Assembly (NCBI RefSeq): GCF_051903065.1 | Contig: NZ_CP178439.1 | Source: Escherichia coli | GTDB taxonomy: Bacteria > Pseudomonadota > Gammaproteobacteria > Enterobacterales > Enterobacteriaceae | Reading direction: 5' to 3' (one strand) | Length of the DNA stretch: 64,000 nt | Shown: in pieces, positions 63,300-64,000 of the stretch | Numbering within the stretch: position 1 is the stretch's first letter | Layout: each line of letters begins with the position of its first letter | The notes under the pieces: model-generated | Told to the model about the DNA's origin: nothing | The model's input: only the letters and a program-made list of their open reading frames with translations | Databases searched by the model: none | Program-made: the position numbers and the translations under genes

Positions 63300-64000
63300 A
63301 TGAAAATGACGAAGCCAAAACCGGTAAGCCGGATGAAAAGACCGTTTATTAGTGAGCTTGCAGAGCTGGGTTTATCGGGTGAAATTCTTTCAATTCGAAC
63401 TGACGGCATGCAGGGGACGCTCATACCCGATCTTACCGCAGGGGTGAGTGAAGCAGGCCGTGTGAAAACCGGCAACTGGGTAATCTCTGACAAGAGAACC
63501 TTCGACCATGTCGTTCTGTGTGTTGAAAGACAAGATGAGAACCATGATGTGTACGTAGGTAAATTCATCCAGTTACATGTAGCCGCTAATAAGAGCCTTA
63601 AGATCGTCGAAATGGGCGATGTGAAACTGGTGGCCATAACCAGCTCGATTCCTACCACTTTTAATGGTGGGATAAAGAGATACAAAGGGGTTACGTATGT
63701 GTCACTTTCCCAAACAGCTCAAACCACTATCGACTTCCCGAAGCGTATCTACAAAGAGGGCCAGGAATGTACTTCTGTCACCAGTCCTGACCAAGGTCCT
63801 TTCGCCCGGGATGTTAGGTTGAATTGCTACGGGCGATGTGTTGTCACCGGCGTAAGGTCCCCCTGGCGTACTGAGGCCGCGCACTTAACGCCACGTCATG
63901 AAGAAGGCATTCCCGACGTAACGAACGGAATTTTACTTCGCCGTGATATCCATACACTGTTCGACAATGACCATTGCGCCATAAACCCTGACACTATGAA
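63300..64000 (+). CDS. HNH endonuclease-domain protein, paralog-like (3' end outside window)
   Basis: Open frame from ATG 63300 to the window end, absent from the ORF track; contains CVVTGV..EAAHL..TNGILLRRDIHTLFDNDH, similar to the C-terminus of the 60933-61748 protein. Confidence 0.6.
   Translation, partial: MKMTKPKPVSRMKRPFISELAELGLSGEILSIRTDGMQGTLIPDLTAGVSEAGRVKTGNWVISDKRTFDHVVLCVERQDENHDVYVGKFIQLHVAANKSLKIVEMGDVKLVAITSSIPTTFNGGIKRYKGVTYVSLSQTAQTTIDFPKRIYKEGQECTSVTSPDQGPFARDVRLNCYGRCVVTGVRSPWRTEAAHLTPRHEEGIPDVTNGILLRRDIHTLFDNDHCAINPDTM

Noticed and set aside
63233-63884. Minus-strand ORFs at 63233-63685 and 63702-63884
   Set aside because: They overlap an uninterrupted plus-strand frame (63300-64000) that carries a recognisable HNH nuclease motif; the minus-strand ORFs have no motif.

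Overview
This 64-kb window reads as part of a large enterobacterial conjugative plasmid; an IncHI2/R478-like backbone is an inference from gene content, not a database match. Reading left to right: (1) the end of an F-type type IV secretion block, traW (C-terminal part), traU and a long-form traN; (2) a lipoprotein gene and a lone UvrD-like helicase; (3) a roughly 15-kb same-strand array of ORFan genes (8.0-23.7 kb) with an AAA+ ATPase, a vWA protein with a long acidic linker and a zinc-ribbon/Toprim primase-like protein, where almost every gene is followed by a structured GC-run hairpin plus T-tract; (4) IS903 inserted with an intact 9-bp target duplication into one of two tandem paralogs; (5) more ORFans and membrane proteins bounded by a tyrosine recombinase; (6) IS100 (1954 bp, 5-bp duplication CTGAT) splitting a zinc-finger gene; (7) a complete tellurite-resistance/Ter stress-response supercluster, with a kinase, PP2C phosphatase and vWA triad, terY/terX/terW, a ter-linked biosynthesis module and terZABCDEF; (8) an IS21-like element (4-bp duplication ATGC); (9) a hipBA toxin-antitoxin module with upstream operator-like repeats, two HNH-domain proteins and small partner genes. 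No rRNA, tRNA or CRISPR array was recognised. The most unusual signals are a palindromic 11-mer, AAAGTWACTTT, present in at least 11 copies across the window, and the family of structured intergenic elements in the ORFan array. All similarity statements come from reading motifs by eye; nothing was searched or computed.
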